This document shows positions 48,696-59,709 of a stretch of 64,000 bases of DNA, piece by piece. This stretch comes from an uncultured Bacteriovorax sp. Its GTDB lineage: Bacteria > Bdellovibrionota > UBA1018. Both the position numbers and the translations under genes were made by a program. Numbering within the stretch: the first letter of the stretch is position 1; each line of letters opens with the position of its first letter. Under the pieces are notes generated by a model that saw nothing but the letters and a program-made list of their open reading frames with translations, ran no database searches and was not told where the DNA came from. Location of the stretch: positions 5,905-69,904 of the forward strand of contig CAZDSX010000002.1 in the NCBI GenBank assembly GCA_964508305.1, given 5' to 3'.

Positions 48696-49606
48696 CTCGG
48701 CACATCTCCATCCTCCTGCGCGAGATCGTCGACGCGTTGATCATCCCGTTTGCCGAGGCCTCCGAGCCTGCGACGTTCGTGGATTGCACGCTGGGTGGAG
48801 GCGGACATACGGCAGCCATGCTGGAGCGCCTTGGCTCGACCCTGCTGGGGCGACGCCACCGGGTCATTTCCATCGACCAGGATTCTGCTGCGATCGAAGC
48901 GGCCAGGATTCGCTTCAAGCCGGAGATCGAGCAGGGACGCCTGCTTCTCAGGCATTCCCGCTTTTCGGAGTTCAGGCTTGGGCCGGGAGAGGGGCCTGTA
49001 TTGGGAGTGCTTGCCGATCTTGGATTTTCGAGTGACCAGATCGATTCGGCGGAGCGTGGCCTGAGCTTCAGGCTCGAGGGTCCGCTCGACATGCGACTCG
49101 ATCCGTCGCGCGGACGGACGGCCCACCAGGTGCTCAAGACCTCGACCGAGCGCGAGATCGCCGACCTGATCTATGAATTCGGAGAAGAGCGCCTTTCCAG
49201 GCGGATCGCACACCGGATCGTCGAAGCGCGATCGCAGGGTCAACTTCCTGACAGCACCACGGCGTTTGCGGAGATCGTCGCACGTGCATTTCCCCCTGCA
49301 GAACGACACGGGAGGATCCATCCAGCGACTCGCACCTTCCAGGCCCTCAGGATCTTCGTCAATGATGAGCTCGGTGAACTCGATGCATTGCTGCAGGGTG
49401 TGATACCCTCCATACTATCCCCGGGTGGAAGAGCTGCGATCCTCAGTTTTCATTCTCTCGAGGACCGCAGGGTGAAGCAGTGCTTCGCTTCGGGATCATG
49501 GAAGGCAGTGTTCAAAAAGCCGCTTGAAGCCGGCGAGGCGGAGGTCGCGGACAATCCGCGAGCCCGCAGTGCGAGGCTCAGGGTGGCTGAACGGATGGAG
49601 GGCTGA
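48692..49606 (+). CDS. rsmH: 16S rRNA (cytosine1402-N4)-methyltransferase RsmH/MraW
   Basis: [13 protein letters not shown] motif. First gene of the dcw cluster. Confidence 0.9.
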   Translation: MTRHISILLREIVDALIIPFAEASEPATFVDCTLGGGGHTAAMLERLGSTLLGRRHRVISIDQDSAAIEAARIRFKPEIEQGRLLLRHSRFSEFRLGPGEGPVLGVLADLGFSSDQIDSAERGLSFRLEGPLDMRLDPSRGRTAHQVLKTSTEREIADLIYEFGEERLSRRIAHRIVEARSQGQLPDSTTAFAEIVARAFPPAERHGRIHPATRTFQALRIFVNDELGELDALLQGVIPSILSPGGRAAILSFHSLEDRRVKQCFASGSWKAVFKKPLEAGEAEVADNPRARSARLRVAERMEG

Positions 49607-49911
49607 TGGGAACCCAGAAGGGACATAAAACATCGCTTTTTCCGGCCTGGATCTGGCCGGTCATCCTGGGCATGACGATCCTCACCGTCTGGGTCCGCCT
49701 CGGGATCGTCCGCACGACCTATGAAGTCACCCAGACCGAAAAAGCCATTCGCAACCTCCAGCAGGATCGCGAGCAAATCGAGCTTCGAGTGGCGGGCCTC
49801 AAGTCCCCTCGAAGACTGGAGGCCCTTGCGCACGGACAGTTCGGCCTTGGCCAGCCGCGTGCTGACCAGGTCATCTACATGGACCTGAAGGGTGGTCGAG
49901 CCCGTCCATGA
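49606..49911 (+). CDS. ftsL: Cell division protein FtsL
   Basis: Small bitopic protein with one TM helix and a coiled coil. Position between rsmH and ftsI. Confidence 0.7.
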   Translation: MGTQKGHKTSLFPAWIWPVILGMTILTVWVRLGIVRTTYEVTQTEKAIRNLQQDREQIELRVAGLKSPRRLEALAHGQFGLGQPRADQVIYMDLKGGRARP

Positions 49912-51968
49912 CGAACGTAGCCGGCCGCGATCAGGGAGACCTCTTTCAAAGGCGCCTGCAGTGGGTCGCCCGCGGAGTGCTCTTGGCTTCACTCGCCCTC
50001 ACGGGCCGGGCTTTCATGATCCAGATTCTCAAGGATGACCGGCTCGAGAAGATGGCCCGCAAGCAATTCCAGAGCAAGGTGCTGCTGAGGCCTCGTCGCG
50101 GCTCGATCGTTGATCGGAACGGCGAAGCCCTGGCCGTGAATGTGGAGACGCAGAGCCTTGCAGCAAATCCATCAAAGCTCCGTCGTCGCAAGGATGTGCT
50201 GAGGCTGGTCGCCCGCTCCCTCGACATGCCTTACGAAAAGCTCCAGGCCAGGTTCCGCGACAAGCGCGAGTTCCTGTGGATCAAGCGGCACTTGTCCGAA
50301 AATGAGGTCAATCTCCTCAAGAAATGGCAAATCATCGCGGCGGATGGAGACCTCGTCGAAGGACTCTGGCTCGTGCGTGAGAGCAAGCGTGTGTATCCCC
50401 ACCACGATCTGGCTTCACATGTGATCGGCGATACGAACGTGGACTCCGAAGGTGTCGAAGGCATCGAACTTTGGAAGAATGGATCCCTCAAGGGCAGCGT
50501 GGTCTCGGTCGAGACGACCAAGGATGCGATGGGAAGACCCACTTTCCTTGATGCCTCCGAAGCCGGGGCCGTCAAGGACGGGCAGGCGATCGGCCTGACG
50601 CTGGATGCCTCGCTTCAATATTCCGTAGAACAGGAACTCAAGTTTGCCGTCGCTCGCACCGGTTCACGCGGCGGCGGCGTGGTTGTGATGAATGCCACCA
50701 ATGGAGAGATCCTGGCCATGGCCAACGAGCCGGGTTTCGATCCCAACTTCAAGGGTGCTCCGTTGGATCACCGTCGCAACCGCGTGGTCACCGACGGTTA
50801 CGAGCCTGGGTCGACACTCAAGCCGGTGCTGCTCGCTTCGGCACTGGCAAGCGGAATGAAGCTCACCGACCAGGTGTGGGGTAACCACGGAAGCTTTGTA
50901 GTGCAGGGAAAGAAGATCTCCGAGGCCGAGGCCCACGAAAAGTTCGAGTGGATCACCCTCAAGAAGATGATCCAGGTTTCGAGCAACGTGGGTTCGGCGA
51001 AGCTTGCCCTCAAGATCGGTGCGGATGCCTATTCGAAGACGCTCGAGCAGATGGGTTTCGGCTCACGGACCGGCATCGGATTTCCCGGCGAAATCTCCGG
51101 AAGGGTCCCGCCCCGGAAGTCGTGGCAGCCCCTGACCCTTGCGAACATCGGATTCGGCCAGGGTATCCTCGTGACACCGTTGCAGATGCTTCGGGCATAT
51201 GCGGCTTTCCTGAATGGTGGGTGGCTGGTTCAGCCGTCGATCATCAGGGACCAGCCCGGCTCCGATTCCAAGCGCGAAGCGCCACGCAGGATCTTTTCTC
51301 AGGCGGTGGCCGAGCAGGTCCAGGAGGCGCTCAGTGCCGTGACGGCTGATGGTGGAACCGGCCTGAAAGCCCGTCTCGAAGGCTATGATGTTGCAGGCAA
51401 GACCGGAACCGCACAAACCGTGGATTCGGCGACCGGCAAGTACTCCCGCTCCAGGTTCATCGCAAGCTTCATCGGATTTGCTCGCGGCGTGGAGCCGCGC
51501 CTCGTGATCTACGCAGCTCTCGATGGGCCGAAAGGGGTCTACTATGCCTCCGAGACGGCCGCACCGCTCTTCCAAAAAGTGCTCCAGGCGGTCACCAATC
51601 GCTTCAGTATTCCTGCTGATCCTTCGCGGATGAAGCCCGCTGTAGCGGCCCCCTCGCAGGTGGTCGCCCAGTCGGACCAGACCACCACGGGCCAGGCGCA
51701 CGCCGAGCCCGCTCCGGGGCCGGCGATCATCGAGACCGGCGCACGTCGGGATCCCCTTCGCTGGGAGGGGAATGCCGCTGACGGATCGCATCTCTGGCGC
51801 ATGCCCTCGCTCGTGGGTTTGACCGGCCGTGAGGCATTGCGAGCCATGCAGGGGCAGCCGTTTGAAATTGAAATTACCGGACAAGGTGTGGTTCGTTCGC
51901 AGCATCCCGAAGCGGGTGCTTCGGTCGCGGAACGATCCCAGATCCGCCTGAGCCTCGGCTCTCCCTAA
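49908..51968 (+). CDS. ftsI: Peptidoglycan D,D-transpeptidase FtsI (PBP3) with a C-terminal PASTA domain
   Basis: STLKP, SSN and KTGT motifs, an N-terminal TM and dimerisation region, and a C-terminal ~65-aa PASTA-like segment. Confidence 0.85.
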   Translation: MTNVAGRDQGDLFQRRLQWVARGVLLASLALTGRAFMIQILKDDRLEKMARKQFQSKVLLRPRRGSIVDRNGEALAVNVETQSLAANPSKLRRRKDVLRLVARSLDMPYEKLQARFRDKREFLWIKRHLSENEVNLLKKWQIIAADGDLVEGLWLVRESKRVYPHHDLASHVIGDTNVDSEGVEGIELWKNGSLKGSVVSVETTKDAMGRPTFLDASEAGAVKDGQAIGLTLDASLQYSVEQELKFAVARTGSRGGGVVVMNATNGEILAMANEPGFDPNFKGAPLDHRRNRVVTDGYEPGSTLKPVLLASALASGMKLTDQVWGNHGSFVVQGKKISEAEAHEKFEWITLKKMIQVSSNVGSAKLALKIGADAYSKTLEQMGFGSRTGIGFPGEISGRVPPRKSWQPLTLANIGFGQGILVTPLQMLRAYAAFLNGGWLVQPSIIRDQPGSDSKREAPRRIFSQAVAEQVQEALSAVTADGGTGLKARLEGYDVAGKTGTAQTVDSATGKYSRSRFIASFIGFARGVEPRLVIYAALDGPKGVYYASETAAPLFQKVLQAVTNRFSIPADPSRMKPAVAAPSQVVAQSDQTTTGQAHAEPAPGPAIIETGARRDPLRWEGNAADGSHLWRMPSLVGLTGREALRAMQGQPFEIEITGQGVVRSQHPEAGASVAERSQIRLSLGSP

Positions 51969-51990
51969 AGCTTCGACCGGAGGAATTCCG

Positions 51991-53532
51991 ATGATTCGCC
52001 TTTCCCAGCTCTTCGGGCCTGTGTCCGCCCAAATCTCCTCGGGGCTCCGCGGGCAGGAAGTGTCGCTTGGCCAGTTGACCTCGGACTCGCGCAACGCGCG
52101 TCCGGATTCGGTCTTTTTTGCGATCCGCGGAACTGCACACGACGGCCATTCGCATGTCGATGGGCTGCTCCGGTCCGGCATCCTTGCCTGTGTGGTTGAA
52201 AGGGGGTTCGAGGGCTCGGATCCGCGCCTCATCCGGGTGCAGGACACCCGCGAGGCCCTGGGTTGGGCCATGTCCAGGCTGAATGGGGATCCTTCCCGCT
52301 CCATGAAGATGGTGGGAATCACCGGAACAAGCGGCAAGACCACGACCTCCTACCTCGTGGAGAGCATCCTCCAGGCGGCCGGTCATCGAGTCGGGGTGAT
52401 CGGGACCGTCAATTTCAGGATCGGCTCCGAGATCATCCCTTCCACTCATACGACGCCGGGAAGCCCGGAACTCCAGGCGCTCCTCGCGCGCATGAAGTCT
52501 TCGGGCTGCACTGCGGTCGTGATGGAAGTCTCCTCACACGCCCTCAAGCAGCATCGCACTTCAGGAATTGCGTTTGATGGCGTGGTCTTCAACAACCTCT
52601 CGCCCGAGCACCTGGATTTTCATCCGGACATGGAAGACTACTTCCAGTCCAAGAAGCTGCTCTTCACGCTCTACCCAAGGCAGGCCGAGCACGCACAAAA
52701 GAAGTGTTTCTCGGTCGTGAATGCCGATGACGAATACGGGGCAAGGCTCATCACGGAGCTTGCCGGGACATCGGTGGCGGGATTTGGCATGGGTGGAGAT
52801 GCCGATACCTCGGGCTCATCTCTCCGTCTCGGGATGGATGGAATCCGTGGCCGGCTCCAGTGGAAGGACGGGGTCGGAATCGACGTGAAGTCCACCCTCA
52901 TTGCGCGATTCAACGCCTATAACATCCTGGCTGCGGCAGCCGTATGCCGTGCCATCGGAGTTGAGCCGGCGGCGATCGCCGAAGGGGTCGCGCGACTTCC
53001 CGGTGTCCCCGGACGTCTTGAGCAGGTTGCCAACTCCCTGGGGGCAACCCTGCTGGTCGATTATGCCCACAAGCCCGATGCGCTCGAGAAGGTGCTCAAG
53101 ACCCTGATTGAGCTCAGAAGCCCCGGGCAGAGGATCATCAGCGTCGTGGGGTGCGGCGGGGATCGTGATCGCACCAAGCGCCCCGTAATGGGCCGGCTGG
53201 CCGAGCAGTTTTCCGACCTGGCCATCATTACATCGGATAATCCCAGGACCGAAGACCCCGCGGCAATCATCCAGGAAGTCCTCTCGGGTGTCTCGCCTGC
53301 CTCCATTGGCCGCCGGGTCCTTGTAGAGCCCGACCGAGCCCGGGCGATCGAGCTTGCCGTCAATGAAGCGGCGCCCGGGGACATGGTCCTGATCGCAGGC
53401 AAGGGGCACGAAGACTACCAGATCATTGCCGACAAAAACTCTCCGGGCGGAACCCGCAAGATCCACTTCGATGATCGCGAGGAAGCGGCCCGTGCAGCGC
53501 GTAAGCGAGCCCAACCCGGTGCGGGGGGCTAA
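51991..53532 (+). CDS. murE: UDP-N-acetylmuramoyl-L-alanyl-D-glutamate--2,6-diaminopimelate ligase
   Basis: Mur ligase domains, the DNPR motif (SDNPRTEDP) indicating meso-DAP specificity, and GTSGKTT. Confidence 0.9.
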   Translation: MIRLSQLFGPVSAQISSGLRGQEVSLGQLTSDSRNARPDSVFFAIRGTAHDGHSHVDGLLRSGILACVVERGFEGSDPRLIRVQDTREALGWAMSRLNGDPSRSMKMVGITGTSGKTTTSYLVESILQAAGHRVGVIGTVNFRIGSEIIPSTHTTPGSPELQALLARMKSSGCTAVVMEVSSHALKQHRTSGIAFDGVVFNNLSPEHLDFHPDMEDYFQSKKLLFTLYPRQAEHAQKKCFSVVNADDEYGARLITELAGTSVAGFGMGGDADTSGSSLRLGMDGIRGRLQWKDGVGIDVKSTLIARFNAYNILAAAAVCRAIGVEPAAIAEGVARLPGVPGRLEQVANSLGATLLVDYAHKPDALEKVLKTLIELRSPGQRIISVVGCGGDRDRTKRPVMGRLAEQFSDLAIITSDNPRTEDPAAIIQEVLSGVSPASIGRRVLVEPDRARAIELAVNEAAPGDMVLIAGKGHEDYQIIADKNSPGGTRKIHFDDREEAARAARKRAQPGAGG

Positions 53533-53575
53533 AGTCTTGACTTCAGTTTTTGAAAATCTGTAACCTCCCCAGACA

Positions 53576-54652
53576 ATGCTTTTTCATCTTTTGTATCCGC
53601 TGCATGCGCAGTTTTCGGCGCTGAACGTTTTCAAATACATCACGTTCCGCACCTTCGGAGCATCGATCACCGCGGTGCTCTTTTGCATGCTCCTCGGTCC
53701 GTCCTACATCCAGTTCCTCAAGCGCAAGCAGATGGGCCAGGCGATTCGCGACGATGGACCGCAGTCCCACCTTTCCAAGAAGGGTACTCCCACGATGGGG
53801 GGCGGACTCATCCTCATGGGGATCACCTTCTCGACGCTCATGTGGTCGGATCTCTCCAATCCCTTTGTCTGGCTTGCGCTGGGGACGACCATCGCCTTTG
53901 GATGCATTGGTTTCGTGGACGACTACCGCAAAGTGATCCAGAAAAACCCCAAGGGCCTCAGCAGCAGGGAAAAGCTTTTCTTCCAGACGCTCATCGCCCT
54001 GGCAGTGGGTCTGGTCCTCTACAGGGTCGAGGCCGTGCCCACGGATCTCAAGTTCCCGATCTTCAAGGACTGGGCCCTGCAGCTGGGTGTGCTCTTTGTT
54101 CCTTTCGTGGTGCTGGTGATCGTCGGAAGCTCCAACGCAGTAAACCTGACGGACGGATTGGATGGCCTGGCCGTTGGTCCGACCATCACGACATCGGTCA
54201 CCTTCCTGATCCTGGCCTACTGTGCAGGAAACGTCCGGATCGCGGAGTACCTCCAGATTCCACATATCCCGGGCTCGGGTGAACTCGCGATCTTCTGCGG
54301 CACGGTGGCCATGTCCTGCCTGGGTTTCCTTTGGTTCAATACCTACCCTGCCCAGGTGTTCATGGGAGATGTGGGATCACTCTCGCTTGGTGCCGCCCTC
54401 GGGGTCGTCTCCGTCATCACCAAGAATGAACTCCTTCTAGTGATCTGCGGGGGCATCTTCGTGGTCGAGGCCCTCTCGGTGATGGCACAGGTGACCTCCT
54501 TCAAGATGACGGGCAAGCGTGTCTTCAAGATGGCGCCCATCCACCATCATTTCGAGCTCAAGGGCTGGGCCGAGCCCAAGGTGATTGTACGTTTCTGGAT
54601 CATCTCGATCCTCCTGGCATTGGTAACGCTTTCGACTCTCAAACTGCGCTGA
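53576..54652 (+). CDS. mraY: Phospho-N-acetylmuramoyl-pentapeptide-transferase
   Basis: [10 protein letters not shown]-terminus, the DD motif, and [13 protein letters not shown]. Confidence 0.9.
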   Translation: MLFHLLYPLHAQFSALNVFKYITFRTFGASITAVLFCMLLGPSYIQFLKRKQMGQAIRDDGPQSHLSKKGTPTMGGGLILMGITFSTLMWSDLSNPFVWLALGTTIAFGCIGFVDDYRKVIQKNPKGLSSREKLFFQTLIALAVGLVLYRVEAVPTDLKFPIFKDWALQLGVLFVPFVVLVIVGSSNAVNLTDGLDGLAVGPTITTSVTFLILAYCAGNVRIAEYLQIPHIPGSGELAIFCGTVAMSCLGFLWFNTYPAQVFMGDVGSLSLGAALGVVSVITKNELLLVICGGIFVVEALSVMAQVTSFKMTGKRVFKMAPIHHHFELKGWAEPKVIVRFWIISILLALVTLSTLKLR

Positions 54653-54669
54653 TTGTTCCGGAGTTTTTT

Positions 54670-56052
54670 ATGAGTAAGTTCAAGGGAAAGAGAATCTTGG
54701 TGGTGGGCTTCGGCAAGACCGGCGTCGCCGTGGCCCGATACATGTGCAAGCAGGGTGCGAAGGTCATCGTGACCGACGTGAAGCAGAAGACCGAGCTCGC
54801 CGACAGCGTGAACGCCTGCGCAGAGCTCAAGATCGAGTACGAGCTCGGCCGCCACAACAGCAAATCCTTCACGACCGTGGACATGATTGTCGTGAGTCCC
54901 GGGGTGCCGCTCAACCTCAAGCCGCTTGAGGAGGCCCGTGCTGCAAATATCCCGATCACGAGTGAAATCGAGATTGCGGCATCCGCATGCAAGGAGCCGC
55001 TCCTCTGCGTGACTGGAACGAACGGCAAGACGACGACGACGACCCTGATTGGCGAAATGTTCAAGGCCGATAACCGCCCTGTTTTCGTCGGAGGCAACAT
55101 CGGCACTCCTCTGCTGGATCATCACATCGATGGTGGGAAGGCTGATGCCGTCGTGGCTGAGCTCTCGAGCTTCCAGCTCGAGCTGACCGACAAGCTCACT
55201 CCTGCCGTGGCCGTGTTCACCAATATCGAGGAAGACCACCTGGATCGCTATGGGACGCTCGATGTCTACATCCAGGCCAAGCGCCGGCTCCTGACCCTCT
55301 GCGACCGCAACAGCTTCGTGGTCCTCAATTATGACAACCCCAATGTGGCCCGTTTCGCTGCAGAGGCCCAGGGCAAGCTCATGTGGTTCACCAAGCAGAA
55401 CCCAATGAAGATCGGCGGAGAGTTCGCCGAGAATTTCCGTGGCTGCTATTACGATGCGTCCTCGAGGAGGATCGTCGCCAAGATCACCGGCAAGGAGGAG
55501 TCCTACGATGTGGCTCCCCTCAAGCTCTTTGGCGAACACAACAAGGAAAACCTCATGGCAGCGATCTGTGCTGCCCGTGCGCAGGGGGTGTCCCCGGCAG
55601 CCATCCAGTCGGTGATCCAGAACTTCAAGGGCGTCCCGCACCGACTCGAATTCGTCCGCAAGAAGGATGGAGTTTACTTCATCAATGACTCCAAGGGCAC
55701 GAATGTCATGAGCGTCCAGCGCAGCCTGAGCGCCTTTGGCAAGAATCCGATCATCCTGATTGCCGGCGGCAAGGACAAGAACATGGAGTTCACTCCACTT
55801 GCTCCGCTGGTCCAGGAGCGTTGCAAGATCCTCATCCTGCTTGGCGAAGCCAAGGAGAAGATCAATCGTGCTCTGGGAGATCATGCGGAGACCTACCTCG
55901 TGGGAACTTTTGAAGAGGCCGTGCTCCTTGCATTCCAGAAGTCCCGCAGTGGTGACATCATCCTGCTTTCGCCCGGATGCGCGAGCTTTGATATGTTCCG
56001 CAACTACGAGGAGCGCGGTGACTATTTCAAGAAGCTGGTCTCCCAGCTCTAG
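54670..56052 (+). CDS. murD: UDP-N-acetylmuramoylalanine--D-glutamate ligase
   Basis: VVGFGKTG N-terminal Rossmann fold, GTNGKTTT, Mur ligase family. Confidence 0.9.
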   Translation: MSKFKGKRILVVGFGKTGVAVARYMCKQGAKVIVTDVKQKTELADSVNACAELKIEYELGRHNSKSFTTVDMIVVSPGVPLNLKPLEEARAANIPITSEIEIAASACKEPLLCVTGTNGKTTTTTLIGEMFKADNRPVFVGGNIGTPLLDHHIDGGKADAVVAELSSFQLELTDKLTPAVAVFTNIEEDHLDRYGTLDVYIQAKRRLLTLCDRNSFVVLNYDNPNVARFAAEAQGKLMWFTKQNPMKIGGEFAENFRGCYYDASSRRIVAKITGKEESYDVAPLKLFGEHNKENLMAAICAARAQGVSPAAIQSVIQNFKGVPHRLEFVRKKDGVYFINDSKGTNVMSVQRSLSAFGKNPIILIAGGKDKNMEFTPLAPLVQERCKILILLGEAKEKINRALGDHAETYLVGTFEEAVLLAFQKSRSGDIILLSPGCASFDMFRNYEERGDYFKKLVSQL

Positions 56053-56061
56053 GCCGAAGGC

Positions 56062-57213
56062 GTGGGCAAGGGCGTCTCGATGAAAATCCGCAGCCTCAGC
56101 CTGCGCGGTGTCGACCCGGTGCTGTTGGTGCTCACGAGCGGGCTGGTGCTCTTCGGCCTGGTCATGGTCTATAGCTCGTCCTTCATCTTTGCGCAGGAGC
56201 GCACGGGCGACGGTTTTGCCTTCATCAAAAAGCAGCTGCTCTTTGCCGCTCTCGGTGGGCTTGCCATGGCCTTTGCGGCCCAGATCCCCTACCAGAACTG
56301 GAAGAAGTGGGCCTATCCCGTGCTGGGGTCGGCTGCGCTGGCGCTGCTGCTGGTCCTCATCCCCGGGATTGGTGCGAAGAGCGGGGGTGCGCAGCGCTGG
56401 ATCCGGCTTCCGTTTTTCCAGTTCCAGCCCAGCGAGTGGGCCAAGTTCGCCGCCGTGGTTTTTGTCTGCCGCCAGCTGGCGAGCAAGCAGGAGATCCTGG
56501 GTCGGTTCGTTCCGGCAGTCCTTTCCGTTTTCGTGCTGCTGGTTCCCGTGTTCGGCTTCCTGCTCCTCCAGCCTGACTTTGGCTCCACTGCAGTCATCAC
56601 GATGGTCGCCTTCCTCCTGATGTTCCTTGCCGGCGTGCCCATGCGCTACCTGGGCGGGGTGCTGGTCTCCGGCGTGGGGATCGGCGCGGCCCTGGTGCTT
56701 GGATCGAGCTACCGTCGCGCACGCCTGATGACTTTCCTGGATCCCTGGACCGATCCCTCTGGAAAGGGATTCCAGATCCTCCAGTCCTTTGTCGGCCTGC
56801 ACTCCGGAGGTGTTTCCGGCGTAGGACTTGGCAACGGAAAGGAAAAGCTGTTTTTCCTTCCCGAGGCACACAATGACTTCATTTTTTCAGTCGTTGGCGA
56901 GGAGTTGGGCTTTATCGGGGTTTCGCTCGTCGTGGCAGGCTTCGTGGTCCTGGTCTACCGAGGCTTCCAGGTTGCCTGGCGCTGTCGCCAGCGGAGCGGG
57001 GATCTGTTCGGGATGCTCCTCGGAAGCGGCATTACGCTGCTCCTGGGTCTGCAGGCCTTCCTGAACATGGCCGTCGTGCTGGGACTGATTCCCACCAAGG
57101 GCCTTGCGCTTCCATTCATCAGCTACGGCGGATCGGCTCTGGTGATCGATCTGTTTGCCATGGGAGTGCTCCTCAGTATTTCACGCGAGAATGAGCAGGG
57201 GGCAGCGACATGA
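56062..57213 (+). CDS. ftsW: Peptidoglycan glycosyltransferase/lipid II flippase FtsW (SEDS family)
   Basis: Ten TM helices with SEDS conserved blocks. Alternative start at 56080. Confidence 0.85.
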   Translation: MGKGVSMKIRSLSLRGVDPVLLVLTSGLVLFGLVMVYSSSFIFAQERTGDGFAFIKKQLLFAALGGLAMAFAAQIPYQNWKKWAYPVLGSAALALLLVLIPGIGAKSGGAQRWIRLPFFQFQPSEWAKFAAVVFVCRQLASKQEILGRFVPAVLSVFVLLVPVFGFLLLQPDFGSTAVITMVAFLLMFLAGVPMRYLGGVLVSGVGIGAALVLGSSYRRARLMTFLDPWTDPSGKGFQILQSFVGLHSGGVSGVGLGNGKEKLFFLPEAHNDFIFSVVGEELGFIGVSLVVAGFVVLVYRGFQVAWRCRQRSGDLFGMLLGSGITLLLGLQAFLNMAVVLGLIPTKGLALPFISYGGSALVIDLFAMGVLLSISRENEQGAAT

Positions 57214-58307
57214 GCCTGCTCCGGGGCCGTGACGTGCTCTTCGTGACCGGCGGTGGAACTGCAGGCCACATCTATGCGGGTCTTGCCGTCGCGGACCACT
57301 GGCGCGAGAGGCATCCCGGGACTGAGATCCATTTCGTGGGTGCGCGCGGAGGGATGGAGGAGCGTCTCGTCCCGAGGTCACCTTATCCGCTGCACCTGGT
57401 GTCGATCGGATCCTGGAATGGAGCTTCCGCCTCAAAAAAGATCAGGACCTTCCTCCAGATCCCCCTCTCCTTCGTTGTCGCAGCCAGGTGGCTGTTTGAG
57501 TTTCGCCCGCAGGTGGTCCTGGGAGTGGGTGGGTATGCCTCGTTTCCCCTTGTTCTTGCTGCCTCAGCACTGGGATGGATCTGGGGCTGCCGTGTCGCGG
57601 TGCTGGAGCAGAACGTGCTTCCGGGCCTCACCAACCGGATCCTGGGGCGTGTGGCCAGCAGGGTGTTTGCTGCATTTCCTGGTGCCGAAAAGGTCTTTGG
57701 GGCCTCAAAAGTCCTCCTGACCGGCAATCCCATTCGTTCAACCATGAAGCCGCTTCCCCCCGCATCGAGGAAGCCTTTTACCGTCTTTGTATTCGGTGGA
57801 AGTCAGGGGGCCATGGGGATCAATACGCTCGTCATTGAATCGCTGCCGGAGCTCAAGGCCCTTGGGACTGAGGTCCGTTGGATCCACCAGACCGGAGAGC
57901 GGGACTTTGATCGCGTCCAGGCCGCCCATCTCGCCGCGGGCACCCAGTCCAGGGTGGAAAAGTTCATCTATGAGATGCTGGAAGCCTATGCACAGGCAGA
58001 TCTCCTGATTTGTCGTGCGGGATCGTCCACCCTTGCTGAAGTCGCTGCAGTTGGTCGTGCGGCGGTGCTGGTGCCGCTGGTTTCCAGGGATCGACACCAG
58101 GTCTACAATGCAGAGCTCTTTGCGCATTCCGGGGCTGCGGAGATGAAGATCCAGAACAAGACCTCGGGCAAGGAACTTGCCGTGCTCATCGACTCGCTTT
58201 CCAAGTCTCCTTCGAGGCTCAACCAGATGGAATCAGCCGTGAAGCAATTCTACCGTCCCGATGCAGTGAGCCGGGTGGTGGGCGATCTGGAGGTTTCAAA
58301 TGCGTGA
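57210..58307 (+). CDS. murG: UDP-GlcNAc--undecaprenyl-PP-MurNAc-pentapeptide GlcNAc transferase
   Basis: GGGTAGH motif, GT28 N and C domains. Confidence 0.9.
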   Translation: MSLLRGRDVLFVTGGGTAGHIYAGLAVADHWRERHPGTEIHFVGARGGMEERLVPRSPYPLHLVSIGSWNGASASKKIRTFLQIPLSFVVAARWLFEFRPQVVLGVGGYASFPLVLAASALGWIWGCRVAVLEQNVLPGLTNRILGRVASRVFAAFPGAEKVFGASKVLLTGNPIRSTMKPLPPASRKPFTVFVFGGSQGAMGINTLVIESLPELKALGTEVRWIHQTGERDFDRVQAAHLAAGTQSRVEKFIYEMLEAYAQADLLICRAGSSTLAEVAAVGRAAVLVPLVSRDRHQVYNAELFAHSGAAEMKIQNKTSGKELAVLIDSLSKSPSRLNQMESAVKQFYRPDAVSRVVGDLEVSNA

Positions 58308-59709
58308 CCGCAAGGACCAGCGAAACCTCCAGCTTCATTTCGTGGGCATCGGCGGGATCGGGATGAGTGGAATCGCCGAGGTTTTCCTGAACCAGGGCTT
58401 CCGCGTCAGCGGATCGGATCTTGCCGATTCGGAAACGACACGCCGGCTTGCCGAGCTCGGGGTTCGGTTCCATGTGGGCCACGCAGGAGCGAATATCTCC
58501 GGAGCAGATGTCGTGGTCGTCTCTTCGGCGGTCAAGTCTGACAATCCGGAAGTGCTCGAGGCCCGGCTCCGCCGGGTTCCCGTCATTCGTCGAGCCGAGA
58601 TGCTTGCCGAGCTCATGCGCGGCAAGGTGGGGGTGGCGGTGGCCGGGACACACGGCAAGACCACGACCACTTCCATGCTCTCCGTGGTCCTGAGTTCTGC
58701 AGGCTGGGATCCTACGCTCGTGATCGGTGGCAAGGTGGATTCTCTGGGCGGCAACGCAAAGCTTGGCCAGGGCCAGTTTGTCGTGGCCGAGGCCGACGAA
58801 AGCGACGGCTCATTCCTCCAGTTGCCCGCGACCTACGGGATCATCACCAACATCGACAATGACCACCTGGATTATTACGGGACGGTTTCTGCGATCGACG
58901 ACGCTTTCTCATCCTTCGTCTCCAATCTGCCCTTCTACGGTCTTGCAGCCGTGTGCCTCGATGATCCGGGAGTGGCAAGATGCCTGGAGCGATTCAACAA
59001 GCCGTTCGTGACCTATGGCGTGGATTCCGACGCCGACTACCTGGCCCGGAATATCCGGATGGAAGGCCTCGTGTCGCGTTTCGAAGTGCATCTCTCCGGC
59101 AAGGGCCGGCTGGGTGAGATCGAACTCCATATTCCCGGACGCCACAACGTCCTCAATGCGCTTGCGGTGGTGGCCCTTTCGCTGGGAATGGGTCTCACGT
59201 TCGAGGAGGTTGCAAGGGGACTGCGCCAGTTCAAGGGCGTCAAGCGGAGGTTCGAAATCCGCTGGCAGGACCAGGCTCGAACCCAGGCCATCATTGATGA
59301 CTATGGCCACCATCCCACCGAGATTGCCGCCACTCTCGAGGCTGCGCGCCAGTTCTGGAAGGGAAGGATCATCGTGGCCTTCCAGCCCCATCGCTACACG
59401 CGCACGCTCCATTGCAAGGAGGGGTTCCTCACGGCATTTGCTGCTGCCGACGTGGTCCTGCTCACCGACATCTACGCCGCGGGCGAGGCTCCCATTGAGG
59501 GACTGACCTCGGCCAGCCTCGCAGCCGAAATCCTCGAGGCCTCCCGTGAAGGCGGGGCACGCCACCAGCAGGTGGAACATGCCGGAGACCTGCCTGCAAC
59601 CGAACGCAGGATCCTCGCCCTGATGCAGCCCGGGGATCTCATCCTTTGCATGGGAGCCGGCTCGATCACGAAGCTTCCGGCGCAGCTCGAAAAGGGGCTG
59701 GGCGGGTGA
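58300..59709 (+). CDS. murC: UDP-N-acetylmuramate--L-alanine ligase
   Basis: FVGIGGIGMSG N-terminus, GTHGKTTTT, Mur ligase domains. Confidence 0.9.
   Translation: MRDRKDQRNLQLHFVGIGGIGMSGIAEVFLNQGFRVSGSDLADSETTRRLAELGVRFHVGHAGANISGADVVVVSSAVKSDNPEVLEARLRRVPVIRRAEMLAELMRGKVGVAVAGTHGKTTTTSMLSVVLSSAGWDPTLVIGGKVDSLGGNAKLGQGQFVVAEADESDGSFLQLPATYGIITNIDNDHLDYYGTVSAIDDAFSSFVSNLPFYGLAAVCLDDPGVARCLERFNKPFVTYGVDSDADYLARNIRMEGLVSRFEVHLSGKGRLGEIELHIPGRHNVLNALAVVALSLGMGLTFEEVARGLRQFKGVKRRFEIRWQDQARTQAIIDDYGHHPTEIAATLEAARQFWKGRIIVAFQPHRYTRTLHCKEGFLTAFAAADVVLLTDIYAAGEAPIEGLTSASLAAEILEASREGGARHQQVEHAGDLPATERRILALMQPGDLILCMGAGSITKLPAQLEKGLGG

Noticed and set aside
54547-56871. 774-aa ORF on the minus strand spanning murD and ftsW
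   Set aside because: It is antisense to two well-supported genes. The product is His/Arg/Gly/Asp-rich low-complexity sequence typical of spurious ORFs in high-GC DNA.
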